This document shows positions 41,703 to 51,416 of a stretch of 64,000 bases of DNA, piece after piece. The DNA lies in the NCBI GenBank assembly GCA_029256705.1, contig JAQSXK010000010.1, positions 10,317-74,316 of the forward strand, in the 5' to 3' direction. Under the pieces are notes generated by a model. The model did no database searches. It had not been told where the DNA came from and saw only the letters and a program-made list of their open reading frames with translations. Position numbers and translations under genes: made by a program. Positions within the stretch are counted from its first letter, which is position 1. Every line of letters begins with the position of its first letter. The stretch is from Clostridia bacterium (GTDB lineage Bacteria; Bacillota; Clostridia; TANB77; CAG-465).

Positions 41703-44195
41703 ATGGAATATCTTAGTGGAAGAAAAGGTATATCTTTAATAAGTTTAGTTATAATTATTGTAATTATGATTATATTAGCAGGAGCAGTTATTTTGACATT
41801 ATCAAATAACAATGCAATTAATAAAGCAACAGAAGCAGTTTTTAAAAGTATATTAAAAGATTATGAAAGTGAATTAACCATGTGGTTTTCAAATGAATAT
41901 TTAGAAACTAATGGATTACTAAATGTAACTACTGTTAATGCTACAAAGGATAGTGGCACGTATATAAAAGGCGGAAACACACTTAAATTAAAAGACATAA
42001 TAACAAGTGTAAAGAAAGAACATGAAAGCTTACTAGAAATAAAAAAAGGAAGACTTATATATACTGGAACAGATGAAAAACAAAAAGAATGGATGAATCA
42101 AATTGGAATATCTTTAGATATAACAACTGAAACTGGTGCAATACCTGTAGATATAGTAGCGGGGTGGACATTTACTGCTGCTTTAATGAGCGACGGAACA
42201 GTTAAAACATGGGGAAGTAATGGATATGGACAATTAGGTGATGGAACACTGATGAATAGAAGTTTGCCCACAACCATTTCTGGTTTAGAAAATGTAGTTC
42301 AAATAGCTGCAGGTGATGAATATATGCTAGCATTGTTAAATGATGGAACTGTAAAAGCATGGGGAAGTAACTGGGCAGGACAACTTGGTAACGGAACAAC
42401 AGAAGATAAAAGTATACCTACAATTGTAACTGGATTAACAAATGTAAGTAAAATAGCGGCAGGTCAATATCTTTCACTTGCAATATTAAATGATGGAACA
42501 GTTAAGGGATGGGGATATAATGAATTTGGTCAACTAGGTGATGGTACATTGCAAAATAAAAGTGTACCTACAACAGTAACAGGACTTACTAATGTAAAAC
42601 AATTAGCATCAGGATATGATCATACACTTGCATTATTAAATGATGGAACAGTAAAAGCTTGGGGTTGTAATAATTACGGAAAATTAGGAGATGGTACTAC
42701 AAATGATACTACATCTCCAATAACAATTTCTGGTTTAAATAATGTTACACAAATTTCTGCAGGATACTATCACTCTGTAGCTTTACTAAGTGATGGAACA
42801 ATAAAGACATGGGGAAGTAACTGGGCAGGACAACTTGGTAACGGATCAAATACTGATGTACATGTACCAACCCTTGTATCAGGATTAACTGGAGTAAAAC
42901 AAATTTGTAAAAATTATGATCATACCGCTGTAATTATGAATGATGGAACAATAAAAATATGGGGCTACAATGAGTATGGACAATTAGCTAATGGAACAAC
43001 AATAGACAGTAATGTACCAATTACAATAACAAACACACTAAATGTAAAACAAATTGCAATTGGTGGTAATCATACGGTAGCTATTTTAGCTGATGGAACA
43101 ATAAAATCATGGGGTAACAATGATCATGGTCAATTAGGTGATGGAAAAACTTCTAATTATTACTTACCTAAAATATTAGAAGGCTTAACAAATGTAAAAC
43201 AAGTATCCGCGGGATGGATGCACTCAGCTTTCCTATTAAATGATGGTACAGTTAAAATAATGGGAGATAACGAATATGGACAAATAGGTGATGGTACGAA
43301 TATAGACAGTAACGTTCCAGTATCGGTTTTGGGTTTAAATAATGTAAACCAAATTACATCAGGAGATAATTTTATGTTAGCATTATTAAACGATGGGACA
43401 GTAAAAGCTTGGGGAGATAATATGTTCGGCCAGTTAGGTACTGGAACAACAATAGATAGTAATGTTCCAGTAACAATATCTGGACTTACAAACGTAGTAC
43501 AAATAGCTTCAGGTGAATATCATGCAGCAGCTTTGCTAAATGATGGAACTGTAAAGATATGGGGAGCTAATTGGGCAGGAGAATTAGGAAATGGAACTAA
43601 AACAAATAGTAAAGTTCCAATAATAGTACCTGGACTTACAAATGTAAAAGAATTAGCACTAGGATATGATTATACTTTAGCATTACTAAATGATGGAACA
43701 GTAAAAGCTTGGGGTTGTAATAAATACGGTCAATTAGGAGACGCAACCAATACTGATAGCACTGTGCCAGTAACTGTGCCAGGACTTACAAATGTAAAAC
43801 AATTAGTATCTGGATATGAACATGTATTAGCATTATTAAATGATGGAACAGTGAAATCTTGGGGAAGTAACTGGGCAGGACAACTTGGAGATGGTACAAT
43901 AACAGACAGTAATATACCTGTAGTAGTATCTGCGGTATATAATGTAAAAGAGCTGTGTAAAGAGTATGATCATACATTAGTATTATTAAACGATGGAACA
44001 GTGAAATCTTGGGGATATAATGAATTTGGGCAGTTAGGTAACGGAACAAATGAAAATAATTATTATCCAACTATTATATCTGGACTGTCTAACGTAAAAC
44101 AAGTAACAACAGGTGGTGATCATTCATTGGCACTACTAAATGATGGAACTGTAAAAGTATGGGGTAGCAATAGTCAAGGTCAAATAGGAAATTAA
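41703..44195 (+). CDS. paralog P5: pilin-like N-terminal module fused to 14 RCC1-type beta-propeller blades
   Basis: An AGGAGG SD lies 9 nt upstream. The N-terminus is MEYLSGRKG-ISLISLVIIIVIMIILAGAVILTL, followed by a head homologous to those of P1-P4 (NKATEAVFKS...LIYTGTDEKQKEWM). I counted 14 DGT[VI]K.[WM]G..(.)GQLG repeats. Confidence 0.88.
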   Translation: MEYLSGRKGISLISLVIIIVIMIILAGAVILTLSNNNAINKATEAVFKSILKDYESELTMWFSNEYLETNGLLNVTTVNATKDSGTYIKGGNTLKLKDIITSVKKEHESLLEIKKGRLIYTGTDEKQKEWMNQIGISLDITTETGAIPVDIVAGWTFTAALMSDGTVKTWGSNGYGQLGDGTLMNRSLPTTISGLENVVQIAAGDEYMLALLNDGTVKAWGSNWAGQLGNGTTEDKSIPTIVTGLTNVSKIAAGQYLSLAILNDGTVKGWGYNEFGQLGDGTLQNKSVPTTVTGLTNVKQLASGYDHTLALLNDGTVKAWGCNNYGKLGDGTTNDTTSPITISGLNNVTQISAGYYHSVALLSDGTIKTWGSNWAGQLGNGSNTDVHVPTLVSGLTGVKQICKNYDHTAVIMNDGTIKIWGYNEYGQLANGTTIDSNVPITITNTLNVKQIAIGGNHTVAILADGTIKSWGNNDHGQLGDGKTSNYYLPKILEGLTNVKQVSAGWMHSAFLLNDGTVKIMGDNEYGQIGDGTNIDSNVPVSVLGLNNVNQITSGDNFMLALLNDGTVKAWGDNMFGQLGTGTTIDSNVPVTISGLTNVVQIASGEYHAAALLNDGTVKIWGANWAGELGNGTKTNSKVPIIVPGLTNVKELALGYDYTLALLNDGTVKAWGCNKYGQLGDATNTDSTVPVTVPGLTNVKQLVSGYEHVLALLNDGTVKSWGSNWAGQLGDGTITDSNIPVVVSAVYNVKELCKEYDHTLVLLNDGTVKSWGYNEFGQLGNGTNENNYYPTIISGLSNVKQVTTGGDHSLALLNDGTVKVWGSNSQGQIGN
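42140..44192 (+). repeat. about 150-nt periodic coding repeats (14 RCC1 blades)
   Basis: The repeating ~50-aa units are visible in both the protein and the DNA (…aatgatggaacagtaaaagcttgggg… recurs). Confidence 0.85.
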
Positions 44196-44293
44196 ATATA
44201 CTACATATTGCTTTTTTATGTAAATTATGATATAATATATGCGTTTTAAATATGTATATTTCAATAATTATTTGAAAGGTGTGTAAAAATTAT

Positions 44294-45043
44294 ATGAATA
44301 ATTGCAAAGAATTAAATATTGGGTATGAATATGTAATAGAAAATTACATGGGGAATCGGCAATTAGAGTATTATACAAGTAGGGCTTTGATAAAAGGTCT
44401 ATCAGAGACAGAGAAGGTTCTATTAAATTATTATTTTGAAAAGAATGATACTATTTTAGATGTAGGTACCGGTTGTGGTAGATTTGCTCTTGCCGCCTAC
44501 GAAGAAAAATACACTGACATGTATGCAATAGACATGAATCCAAAATTTATTGAAAGGGCTATACAAATATCTGAGAGTAGGTCGTATAATATAAAATTTT
44601 CTGTTCAAAATGCTCAATTTACTACATTTAAAGATAAGACTTTTGAAAGTATAATTTTTACTTCAGATGGATTTTCACAAATACCAGGTAATGAAAATAA
44701 ACTGGCTGTATTAAAAGAAATGTACAGAATCATGAAACCAGGTGGAGTATTTATATTAGCGGTAATTGATGAAAATCTTGTAAGAGAAAATGACCCGAAT
44801 TATGCTGAGATAATTGATAGGTTCAGAGAAAGTGGGGCATGGAAAGATAGAGGATTTTATGATCAAAATGATGTTGTTATATATGACGGTGGTTATATGC
44901 ATTTTGCCAGTGTTAGTGAAACAACTACCTTGATCAATAAATCTGGATTTAGTCATTTGTTTAATGTTACTGCTAAAGATATTCTTGGTGAAAATGATAA
45001 AAAGTCTTCCAACATATCTAGATTCTTTGTATTAAAAAAATAA
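44294..45043 (+). CDS. class I SAM-dependent methyltransferase
   Basis: Motif I is ILDVGTGCGRFA, followed by the post-I acidic residue (AIDMN). The start is uncertain (GTG at 44279 or ATG at 44294). Confidence 0.75.
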   Translation: MNNCKELNIGYEYVIENYMGNRQLEYYTSRALIKGLSETEKVLLNYYFEKNDTILDVGTGCGRFALAAYEEKYTDMYAIDMNPKFIERAIQISESRSYNIKFSVQNAQFTTFKDKTFESIIFTSDGFSQIPGNENKLAVLKEMYRIMKPGGVFILAVIDENLVRENDPNYAEIIDRFRESGAWKDRGFYDQNDVVIYDGGYMHFASVSETTTLINKSGFSHLFNVTAKDILGENDKKSSNISRFFVLKK

Positions 45044-45263
45044 TTTTTTATAATCTTCTAAAAACAACTTCACAAATATGTGGAGTTGCTTTTTTTATAT
45101 ATTTTAATAAAATATTAAGTTTGGTTAATATTAATAAGTAAGATAAAGTTGCAAAGTACTAGAATATGCTAATATATACAGTATATTTATGAGATTATAA
45201 TAGACAATGAGATAAATAAATGATATAATATAATGTATTAAATACAGAAATTGAGGAATTTAA

Positions 45264-46820
45264 ATGATAAGATTAAATGAAATAAAGTTATCTATAGAAA
45301 GTAATGAGTCTGAGCTATATAAAATAGCATGCAATATGTTACATATACAAAAGAGTGAAATAAGGGATTTAATAATATATAAAAAGTCTATTGATGCAAG
45401 GGATAAAGAGAATATTAAATTTATTTACACCTTAGATTTAAATATTGAAAATGAATCTAGATTTAAAAGTAGAATAATAGCAAATAATGAAAAGTATGTT
45501 AAAGTAGAAGTTAAACGTAAAAGTAAAGAGAGACCAGTTATAGTTGGAGCAGGTCCAGCTGGACTTTTTGCAGCTTTGACTTTGGCTGAAGCTGGTTTAA
45601 ACCCTATAATACTTGAACAAGGTAAAAAAGTAGAAGATCGTAAAAAAGATGTTGATCTTTTTTGGGAAACTGGTGAATTAAATACAATGTCAAATGTACA
45701 ATTTGGTGAAGGTGGAGCTGGTACATTTTCAGACGGGAAATTAACAACTCAAATAAATAATCCTTTATGTAGAAAAGTTTTAGAAGAGTTTGTATCTTGT
45801 AATGCACCTAAAGAAATTATGTATGATGCAAAACCACATATTGGTACAGATAAATTAATTGAAGTAGTAAAAAATCTAAGACAAAAAATTGAAAAGCTCG
45901 GTGGAGAATTTTTATTTAACGAAAAACTAACAGATATAACAATTGAAAATGGTAGTCTAGTAAGCGCTAAATGCAGTAAAACTATAAATACAGATGCTTT
46001 AATACTTGCAATAGGACATAGTAGTAGAGACACGTTTGAAATGATATATAACAAAGGGCTAAATTTGGCTAAAAAACCATTTTCTGTTGGAGTTAGAATT
46101 GAACATTTGCAAAGTATGATAAATAAATCTCAATATGGAGAATTTGCAAATAGTCCTAAACTAGGTGCAGCAGATTACAAATTAGTATATCACGGAGAAG
46201 ACAATAGGTCTGCATATACATTTTGTATGTGCCCTGGTGGAACTGTTGTAGCAGCCGCTTCTGAAGAAAATACGGTTGTTACAAATGGTATGAGCGTATA
46301 TAATAGGGATGGTATAAATTCTAACAGCGCACTTGTTGTAGGAGTTTTTCCAGAAGATTTTAAAGATGAATCTCCACTTGCTGGTATGTACTTTCAAAGA
46401 GAGTTAGAACAAAAAGCTTTTATAGCCGGTGGAAAAGAATATAAGGCTCCAGCTCAATTAGTAGGAGACTTTTTGAAAGGAAATATATCAACTAAATTAG
46501 GAGAAGTAAAACCTACATATACTCCTGGAATTACATTTAGTGATTTTAATAATATATTACCAGAATTTATAACTAAAACTATGAAAGAAGCTTTAGTATA
46601 TTTAGATAAAAGATTGAAAGGTTTTGGTTCAAACGATAGCTTACTTACAGGAGTTGAGACACGTACATCTTCTCCTATAAGAATATTACGTGATGAAAAG
46701 TATTTAACAAATATATCTGGTATATATCCTTGTGGTGAAGGAGCAGGATATGCTGGTGGTATAATATCTGCTGCTGTTGATGGAATAAAGTGTGCAAATG
46801 CAATACTTACAAATGAATAA
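45264..46820 (+). CDS. FAD-dependent oxidoreductase (COG2509-type)
   Basis: It has a Rossmann GxGxxG motif (VGAGPAGLFAA) and the C-terminal GEGAGYAGGI motif typical of this uncharacterised flavoprotein family. Confidence 0.75.
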   Translation: MIRLNEIKLSIESNESELYKIACNMLHIQKSEIRDLIIYKKSIDARDKENIKFIYTLDLNIENESRFKSRIIANNEKYVKVEVKRKSKERPVIVGAGPAGLFAALTLAEAGLNPIILEQGKKVEDRKKDVDLFWETGELNTMSNVQFGEGGAGTFSDGKLTTQINNPLCRKVLEEFVSCNAPKEIMYDAKPHIGTDKLIEVVKNLRQKIEKLGGEFLFNEKLTDITIENGSLVSAKCSKTINTDALILAIGHSSRDTFEMIYNKGLNLAKKPFSVGVRIEHLQSMINKSQYGEFANSPKLGAADYKLVYHGEDNRSAYTFCMCPGGTVVAAASEENTVVTNGMSVYNRDGINSNSALVVGVFPEDFKDESPLAGMYFQRELEQKAFIAGGKEYKAPAQLVGDFLKGNISTKLGEVKPTYTPGITFSDFNNILPEFITKTMKEALVYLDKRLKGFGSNDSLLTGVETRTSSPIRILRDEKYLTNISGIYPCGEGAGYAGGIISAAVDGIKCANAILTNE

Positions 46821-46869
46821 CATTTATGCTAGTGGCAGATACTATAGTAGTTATTATGGAGCGTAAAAA

Positions 46870-48291
46870 ATGAGTAAAGAATTAAGCAAAAATATACAAA
46901 TTGCTAAAGAAATTGCACAAAAGATTAAAAACAAAAATGGTAGAATGTTTTATGTTGGTGGATATGTAAGAGATCTATTGATGGATAAAGAAAATAAAGA
47001 TATAGATGTTGAAGTGTTTGGGTTATCTTTAGATGAATTAACAGAAATAATATCAGAATATGGAATAGTTGATCAAATTGGTATAAGTTTTGGTATACTT
47101 AAAGTACATGGATTGGATATAGATTTTGGTGTTCCAAGAAAAGAAAATAATATAGGTGTTAGGCATAGAGACTTTGAAATAAATTTTGATTCAAATATGA
47201 GCATATTAGAAGCATGTAGAAGAAGAGATTTTACAATTAATGCATTAATGCAAGATGTTCTTACCGATGAGATAATAGATAATTTTAATGGTATTCAAGA
47301 TATAAAAAATAAGATTATTAGACATATTGATGAAACTACATTTGTTCAAGATGAATTAAGAGTGCTAAGGGCTTGCTCTTTTGCCGCTAGATTAGATTTT
47401 AATATATCTAATGATACACTTATTTTATGTAAAAAATTAGATTGTACAAATTTAACTAAAGAAAGAATATATACTGAAGTAGAGAAAGCATTATTAAAAG
47501 CGGATAAGCCTTCAATATTTTTCGAATATGTAAGGGAAATTGGATTACTTAAAAAAATATTTTCTCCTATGGATAAATTAATTGGAGTTCAGCAAAATCC
47601 CAAATACCATCCAGAAGGTGATGTTTGGACACATACAATGATGGTAATTGATGAATGTGCTAAACTTAGGGAAAAGTCTAGTTATCCAATTGCACTTATG
47701 CTTGCAGCTGTGTGTCATGATTTAGGTAAGATAACGACTACAAGACTTCTGCATGGAAAAATAATTTCATATAATCATGAAAATGAACTTCATTTAACTA
47801 AAAAGTTTTTAAAAAATATAACTAACAATAACGATCTTACTTATTCAGTCATGTTACTTGTTAAAAATCATATGAGACCTAACATTTTAGCAAAAAATAA
47901 CTCTAGTGATAAAGCAATTAGAAAATTAATAATAGATACAAGTAGTAAAATAGTCAATATACAGGATGCATTATTACTTTCAAAAGCAGATAGGTTAGGT
48001 AGAAATAATGATGACTTAGAAACATATAATATCGATGATTGGTGGAAAGAAAAATTATTGACTGTGAATGAAAATAAAACGAAGATAGTTCCATTGATAA
48101 CTGGAAAAGATCTAATAGAACTTGGATACGCCCAAGGTGAAGAATTAGGAAAAGCTTTAAAATATGCTTTTGATTTGCAAATAACTGGATTATATAAAGA
48201 AGAAATAATTAATAAAATTAAAAGTAGTAAAAAAGAAATAAGTAAATTAAAACTACAAGGTAAGACAAATAATTGTAAGGATAAATTATAA
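46870..48291 (+). CDS. CCA-adding enzyme / poly(A) polymerase-family nucleotidyltransferase with an HD domain
   Basis: It has the head-domain motifs GGYVRDLL...DIDV and RRDFTINA, and later an HD motif (CHDLGK). Confidence 0.75.
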   Translation: MSKELSKNIQIAKEIAQKIKNKNGRMFYVGGYVRDLLMDKENKDIDVEVFGLSLDELTEIISEYGIVDQIGISFGILKVHGLDIDFGVPRKENNIGVRHRDFEINFDSNMSILEACRRRDFTINALMQDVLTDEIIDNFNGIQDIKNKIIRHIDETTFVQDELRVLRACSFAARLDFNISNDTLILCKKLDCTNLTKERIYTEVEKALLKADKPSIFFEYVREIGLLKKIFSPMDKLIGVQQNPKYHPEGDVWTHTMMVIDECAKLREKSSYPIALMLAAVCHDLGKITTTRLLHGKIISYNHENELHLTKKFLKNITNNNDLTYSVMLLVKNHMRPNILAKNNSSDKAIRKLIIDTSSKIVNIQDALLLSKADRLGRNNDDLETYNIDDWWKEKLLTVNENKTKIVPLITGKDLIELGYAQGEELGKALKYAFDLQITGLYKEEIINKIKSSKKEISKLKLQGKTNNCKDKL

Positions 48292-48320
48292 AATAATAAA
48301 TTTGAAGGAGTGTGATCATA

Positions 48321-48503
48321 ATGGGTTCAATAAATAGAGGCAGTTTTAAAAATACTAAAGCATCAACTAGATCAAAAGTTAGTAATAGTGCATATAATAG
48401 AAATGCAGCGTCAAAATATGGTAGTAATAAATTTGGATTTAAAGAGGCGCCAAAAACTTCTAGCAGCAATATTAAAATTAATAATGAAACTGAAAGTAAA
48501 TAA
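48321..48503 (+). CDS. small basic Ser/Asn/Lys-rich protein (60 aa)
   Basis: A GGAG SD lies 10 nt before the ATG at 48321. A strong terminator follows immediately. Confidence 0.45.
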   Translation: MGSINRGSFKNTKASTRSKVSNSAYNRNAASKYGSNKFGFKEAPKTSSSNIKINNETESK

Positions 48504-48507
48504 TAAA

Positions 48508-48540
48508 ATATAACCACCTAATATGGTGGTTATATTTTTT
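48508..48540 (+). terminator. intrinsic terminator
   Basis: A perfect 11-bp stem (atataaccacc / ggtggttatat) with a T run. Confidence 0.85.
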
Positions 48541-48632
48541 AATTAAAAAATAATATATAACTTATAGATTTAATTCTTTTAAATTATAATTAATTTGAAG
48601 GATAACCTTCAAAAATTTTAGGAGGAATTCGT

Positions 48633-48998
48633 ATGAAAAAAATACTACCTAAGTTTAACTTAATTATAACCTTTATAATTCTTTTAGGAATTAGTTATGT
48701 TATAAAGTTAATAGGTGTGTACAGTCAAGGAAAGGCATTTATATATCTAATGGGAGTACTTATATTTTGCACTTCATTCAAAATAGTATTAGAAGTACTT
48801 ACTAATTATTCTGAAAATTCTAAACTATTTTTAATTTTGATTATGAGTGGAATGTACATTTTAATTTTATTAACATCTTGGATTGCAATAAAAATGTTAA
48901 ATGTAGATTTAGAAACTGCATTTTTGTTAATATCATTTGGAATCGCTATACCAAATGTTACAAAGCTGAAGGAAAAGAAAGAAAGCAATTCATCATAA
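48633..48998 (+). CDS. hypothetical integral membrane protein (121 aa, about 4 TM)
   Basis: An AGGAGG SD precedes the start, and the hydrophobic helices are evident. Confidence 0.55.
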   Translation: MKKILPKFNLIITFIILLGISYVIKLIGVYSQGKAFIYLMGVLIFCTSFKIVLEVLTNYSENSKLFLILIMSGMYILILLTSWIAIKMLNVDLETAFLLISFGIAIPNVTKLKEKKESNSS

Positions 48999-49136
48999 GA
49001 TATATTCAAAAAAGACTTACAATAATATTGTGAGTCTTTACTCTTTTAGCATATAATCATTTTAAGTGTAACATGTAACCTTTAATGGACATACTATATT
49101 ATTAAATGACTGAATATATTATAAGGGGGTGAAAAG

Positions 49137-49412
49137 ATGGAAGAGATGAATAGTGACAATTCACAATATAAGTATGAAGATATAGATAGACCATATGGTT
49201 ATGGAAAAAATTATCCGTATGGCTGGAAAAAACCATGTCCATATGGAAAATGTTCGTATGGACAAAAATGGCCAAATTGGTATGGACCATATTTCCCAGG
49301 CGGATATTACGGTGGAGGATTTGGGTTCCCTTGGTTTTTACTTGCATTAAAATCATTAAGTCCAAGAGATGCAATTAGATTAATAGATGAAATGGAAAAT
49401 ATGGAATTTTAA
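49137..49412 (+). CDS. small Tyr/Gly/Pro/Trp-rich protein (91 aa); possibly spore-associated
   Basis: A strong SD (aagggggtga) precedes the start. The composition is unusual (YGYGKNYPYGWKKPCPYGKCSYGQKWPNWYGPYFPGGYYGGGFGFPWF). A terminator hairpin lies at about 49445-49490. Confidence 0.55.
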   Translation: MEEMNSDNSQYKYEDIDRPYGYGKNYPYGWKKPCPYGKCSYGQKWPNWYGPYFPGGYYGGGFGFPWFLLALKSLSPRDAIRLIDEMENMEF

Positions 49413-49599
49413 TATGCAAAGTATTAATAGTACAAATACATAATTTAATTAAAAAAGGTAATTCTATACGTAGAATTGCTTTTTTTAATTTTTATATAAA
49501 AATTAACTTTACAAATTTATTAATAAATGATATTATATAAGTATAAGGTTTTTAAATAAATATTTAATATATATTGTAAAAACTCGAAAGGAATTAATT

Positions 49600-50859
49600 A
49601 TGACAAATAAGTTAAGAATAAATATATTTGATTTGTTAATGTGCTTTTCCGATGCTTTGGATCTAATTAGTCCATTAGTGACAGGTCATCAAATTAGGGT
49701 AGCATATATCTCCTTAAAACTTGCACAAGAATATAAATTGCCAAAAGAGCAAATTAAAAAACTTGTAATAGCAGCATGTATCCATGATATAGGAGCAACT
49801 ACAGTAAAAGAAAGAAATGAAATAATAAAAGCAGATTTTGAAAGTGACGGTAGACATGAAAAAGTAGGATCTAAATATATTGAAGGCAGTATTTTTCATG
49901 ATGTTTCAAAAATAGTGGGACATCATCATAAAAAATGGAATAACGGTTTAGGAGCTGCGGTTAAAGGTGAAGAAATCCCAATTGAATGTCATCTATTGCA
50001 TTTGGCAGACAGAATAGATACTTTAATAGATAAAGAATCTTATGTATTACATCAAAGGAAGAATATAACAGAAGAAATTATTCAAAAATCCGGAGAATGG
50101 TTTATGCCAGAATTAGTAGAAGCGTTTGTAAAATTATCTGTTAATGAATCTTTTTGGCTGTATACAGTTTCAAAGAATGTATCCAAAATATTACGTAAAG
50201 ATGCGAAACTTTCAAAAGTATATTTAAATACTGATGAACTTTATGAGGTAACTAAATGGTTTAGTAATATAATAGATTTTAGAAGTAGATTTACATCAGT
50301 ACATTCAAGGGGTGTGTCTGCGAGTGCTGGAGCAATAGCAACTGTTATGAGAATGGATGAAGATTATATAAAAATAATGGAAATTTCCGGGTTTATACAC
50401 GACTTAGGAAAATTAGCTGTATCAAATACCATATTAGAGAAAAATGGTAAATTGACTGTTGAGGAATATAACATAATTAAATCACATACATTCCATACAT
50501 ATAATGTATTAAGTAGAATAAAAAGTTTAAAAACAATAAGTGAGTATGGGTCATACCATCACGAAAAACTTGATGGAACTGGTTATCCATTTCATATAAA
50601 AGGCAGAAGTATGAAACTTGGTTCTAGGATTCTTGCTGTTGCTGATATATTTACAGCTATTGCAGAAGATAGGCCATATAGAGTAGCTATGAGTAAAGAT
50701 GAAGTTATTAGATTAATCTCTTCTAAAGGTGATGATAAAGCATTAGATTCTAAGATAGTAAAAGTTTTTCTTGAAAACTATGATGTAATTGATGAAACAA
50801 GAAAAAAAGCCCAATCTATTGCAAGCCAAGAATATGAGAAATTTTGGCAAGAGGTATAA
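49600..50859 (+). CDS. tandem HD-domain protein with a C-terminal HD-GYP domain (putative c-di-GMP phosphodiesterase)
   Basis: The C-terminal motifs are HDLGK and HHEKLDGTGYP. The N-terminal half has HDIG plus GHHHKKWNG but lacks GYP. Confidence 0.8.
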   Translation: MTNKLRINIFDLLMCFSDALDLISPLVTGHQIRVAYISLKLAQEYKLPKEQIKKLVIAACIHDIGATTVKERNEIIKADFESDGRHEKVGSKYIEGSIFHDVSKIVGHHHKKWNNGLGAAVKGEEIPIECHLLHLADRIDTLIDKESYVLHQRKNITEEIIQKSGEWFMPELVEAFVKLSVNESFWLYTVSKNVSKILRKDAKLSKVYLNTDELYEVTKWFSNIIDFRSRFTSVHSRGVSASAGAIATVMRMDEDYIKIMEISGFIHDLGKLAVSNTILEKNGKLTVEEYNIIKSHTFHTYNVLSRIKSLKTISEYGSYHHEKLDGTGYPFHIKGRSMKLGSRILAVADIFTAIAEDRPYRVAMSKDEVIRLISSKGDDKALDSKIVKVFLENYDVIDETRKKAQSIASQEYEKFWQEV

Positions 50860-50892
50860 CAATAGTTTTGCATAGAATAACTAAAAGTCAAA

Positions 50893-50926
50893 AAAACCGT
50901 CCATATTATTAAATATGGACGGTTTT
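50893..50926. terminator. bidirectional intrinsic terminator
   Basis: A perfect 14-bp stem (aaaaccgtccatat / atatggacggtttt) lies between convergent genes. Confidence 0.85.
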
Positions 50927-50941
50927 AAAACATAATACTTA

Positions 50942-51214
50942 TTAAACTGGAACTTCAATGTTTAGTATCGTAATTGTAAACTTATTTGAATTTACCATAT
51001 ACGGTACAACATCTCCGATATGAGTCTTATGTATATTTTTACCTATGGGGCTGTCTAATGAAACTTCATCAGTATTGTACTTAGAATGGTTTACTAATTT
51101 TAAAGTATAAATATCCGTTTCATTTGTCTCATGCTCAAGTAAACTAAAAGTAATTATATTTCCTATGATTGCTTCTTTTAAAATATTATCATTTATTATT
51201 ATTTGAATTTTCAT
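50942..51214 (-). CDS. small protein resembling the GreA/GreB C-terminal (FKBP-like) domain
   Basis: A 90-aa protein. The segment VSLDSPIGKNIHKTHIGDVV...FTITILNIE resembles the GreA C-terminal domain signature (S..SP.G.AL.G...GD.V). Confidence 0.45.
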   Translation of the reverse strand: MKIQIIINDNILKEAIIGNIITFSLLEHETNETDIYTLKLVNHSKYNTDEVSLDSPIGKNIHKTHIGDVVPYMVNSNKFTITILNIEVPV

Positions 51215-51416
51215 ATATAGAGTTCAAAAATTATTTAATTATTTGATTATTTTTTAGCGTTGTATAATTTTAACATTTTTGTTACAAAAAGTCAAGTAAA
51301 AATGCAAAAAATTACAATTAAATACATAATACTACAAAAATCATAATGAATTATTAATGATTTTCTGGTGATAATAAATAGATGATATAACAATATCATA
51401 TTTGGAAGGTATAAAA

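Noticed and set aside
42140-44192. A regular ~150-nt periodicity that could superficially suggest a CRISPR-like or satellite array.
   Set aside because: The repeats are in frame and encode RCC1 blades. There is no repeat-spacer structure, and no cas genes lie nearby.
49102-49374. A 90-aa His-rich minus-strand ORF overlapping the Tyr/Gly-rich gene.
   Set aside because: The + strand ORF has a strong SD and a terminator, whereas the minus-strand ORF has neither.
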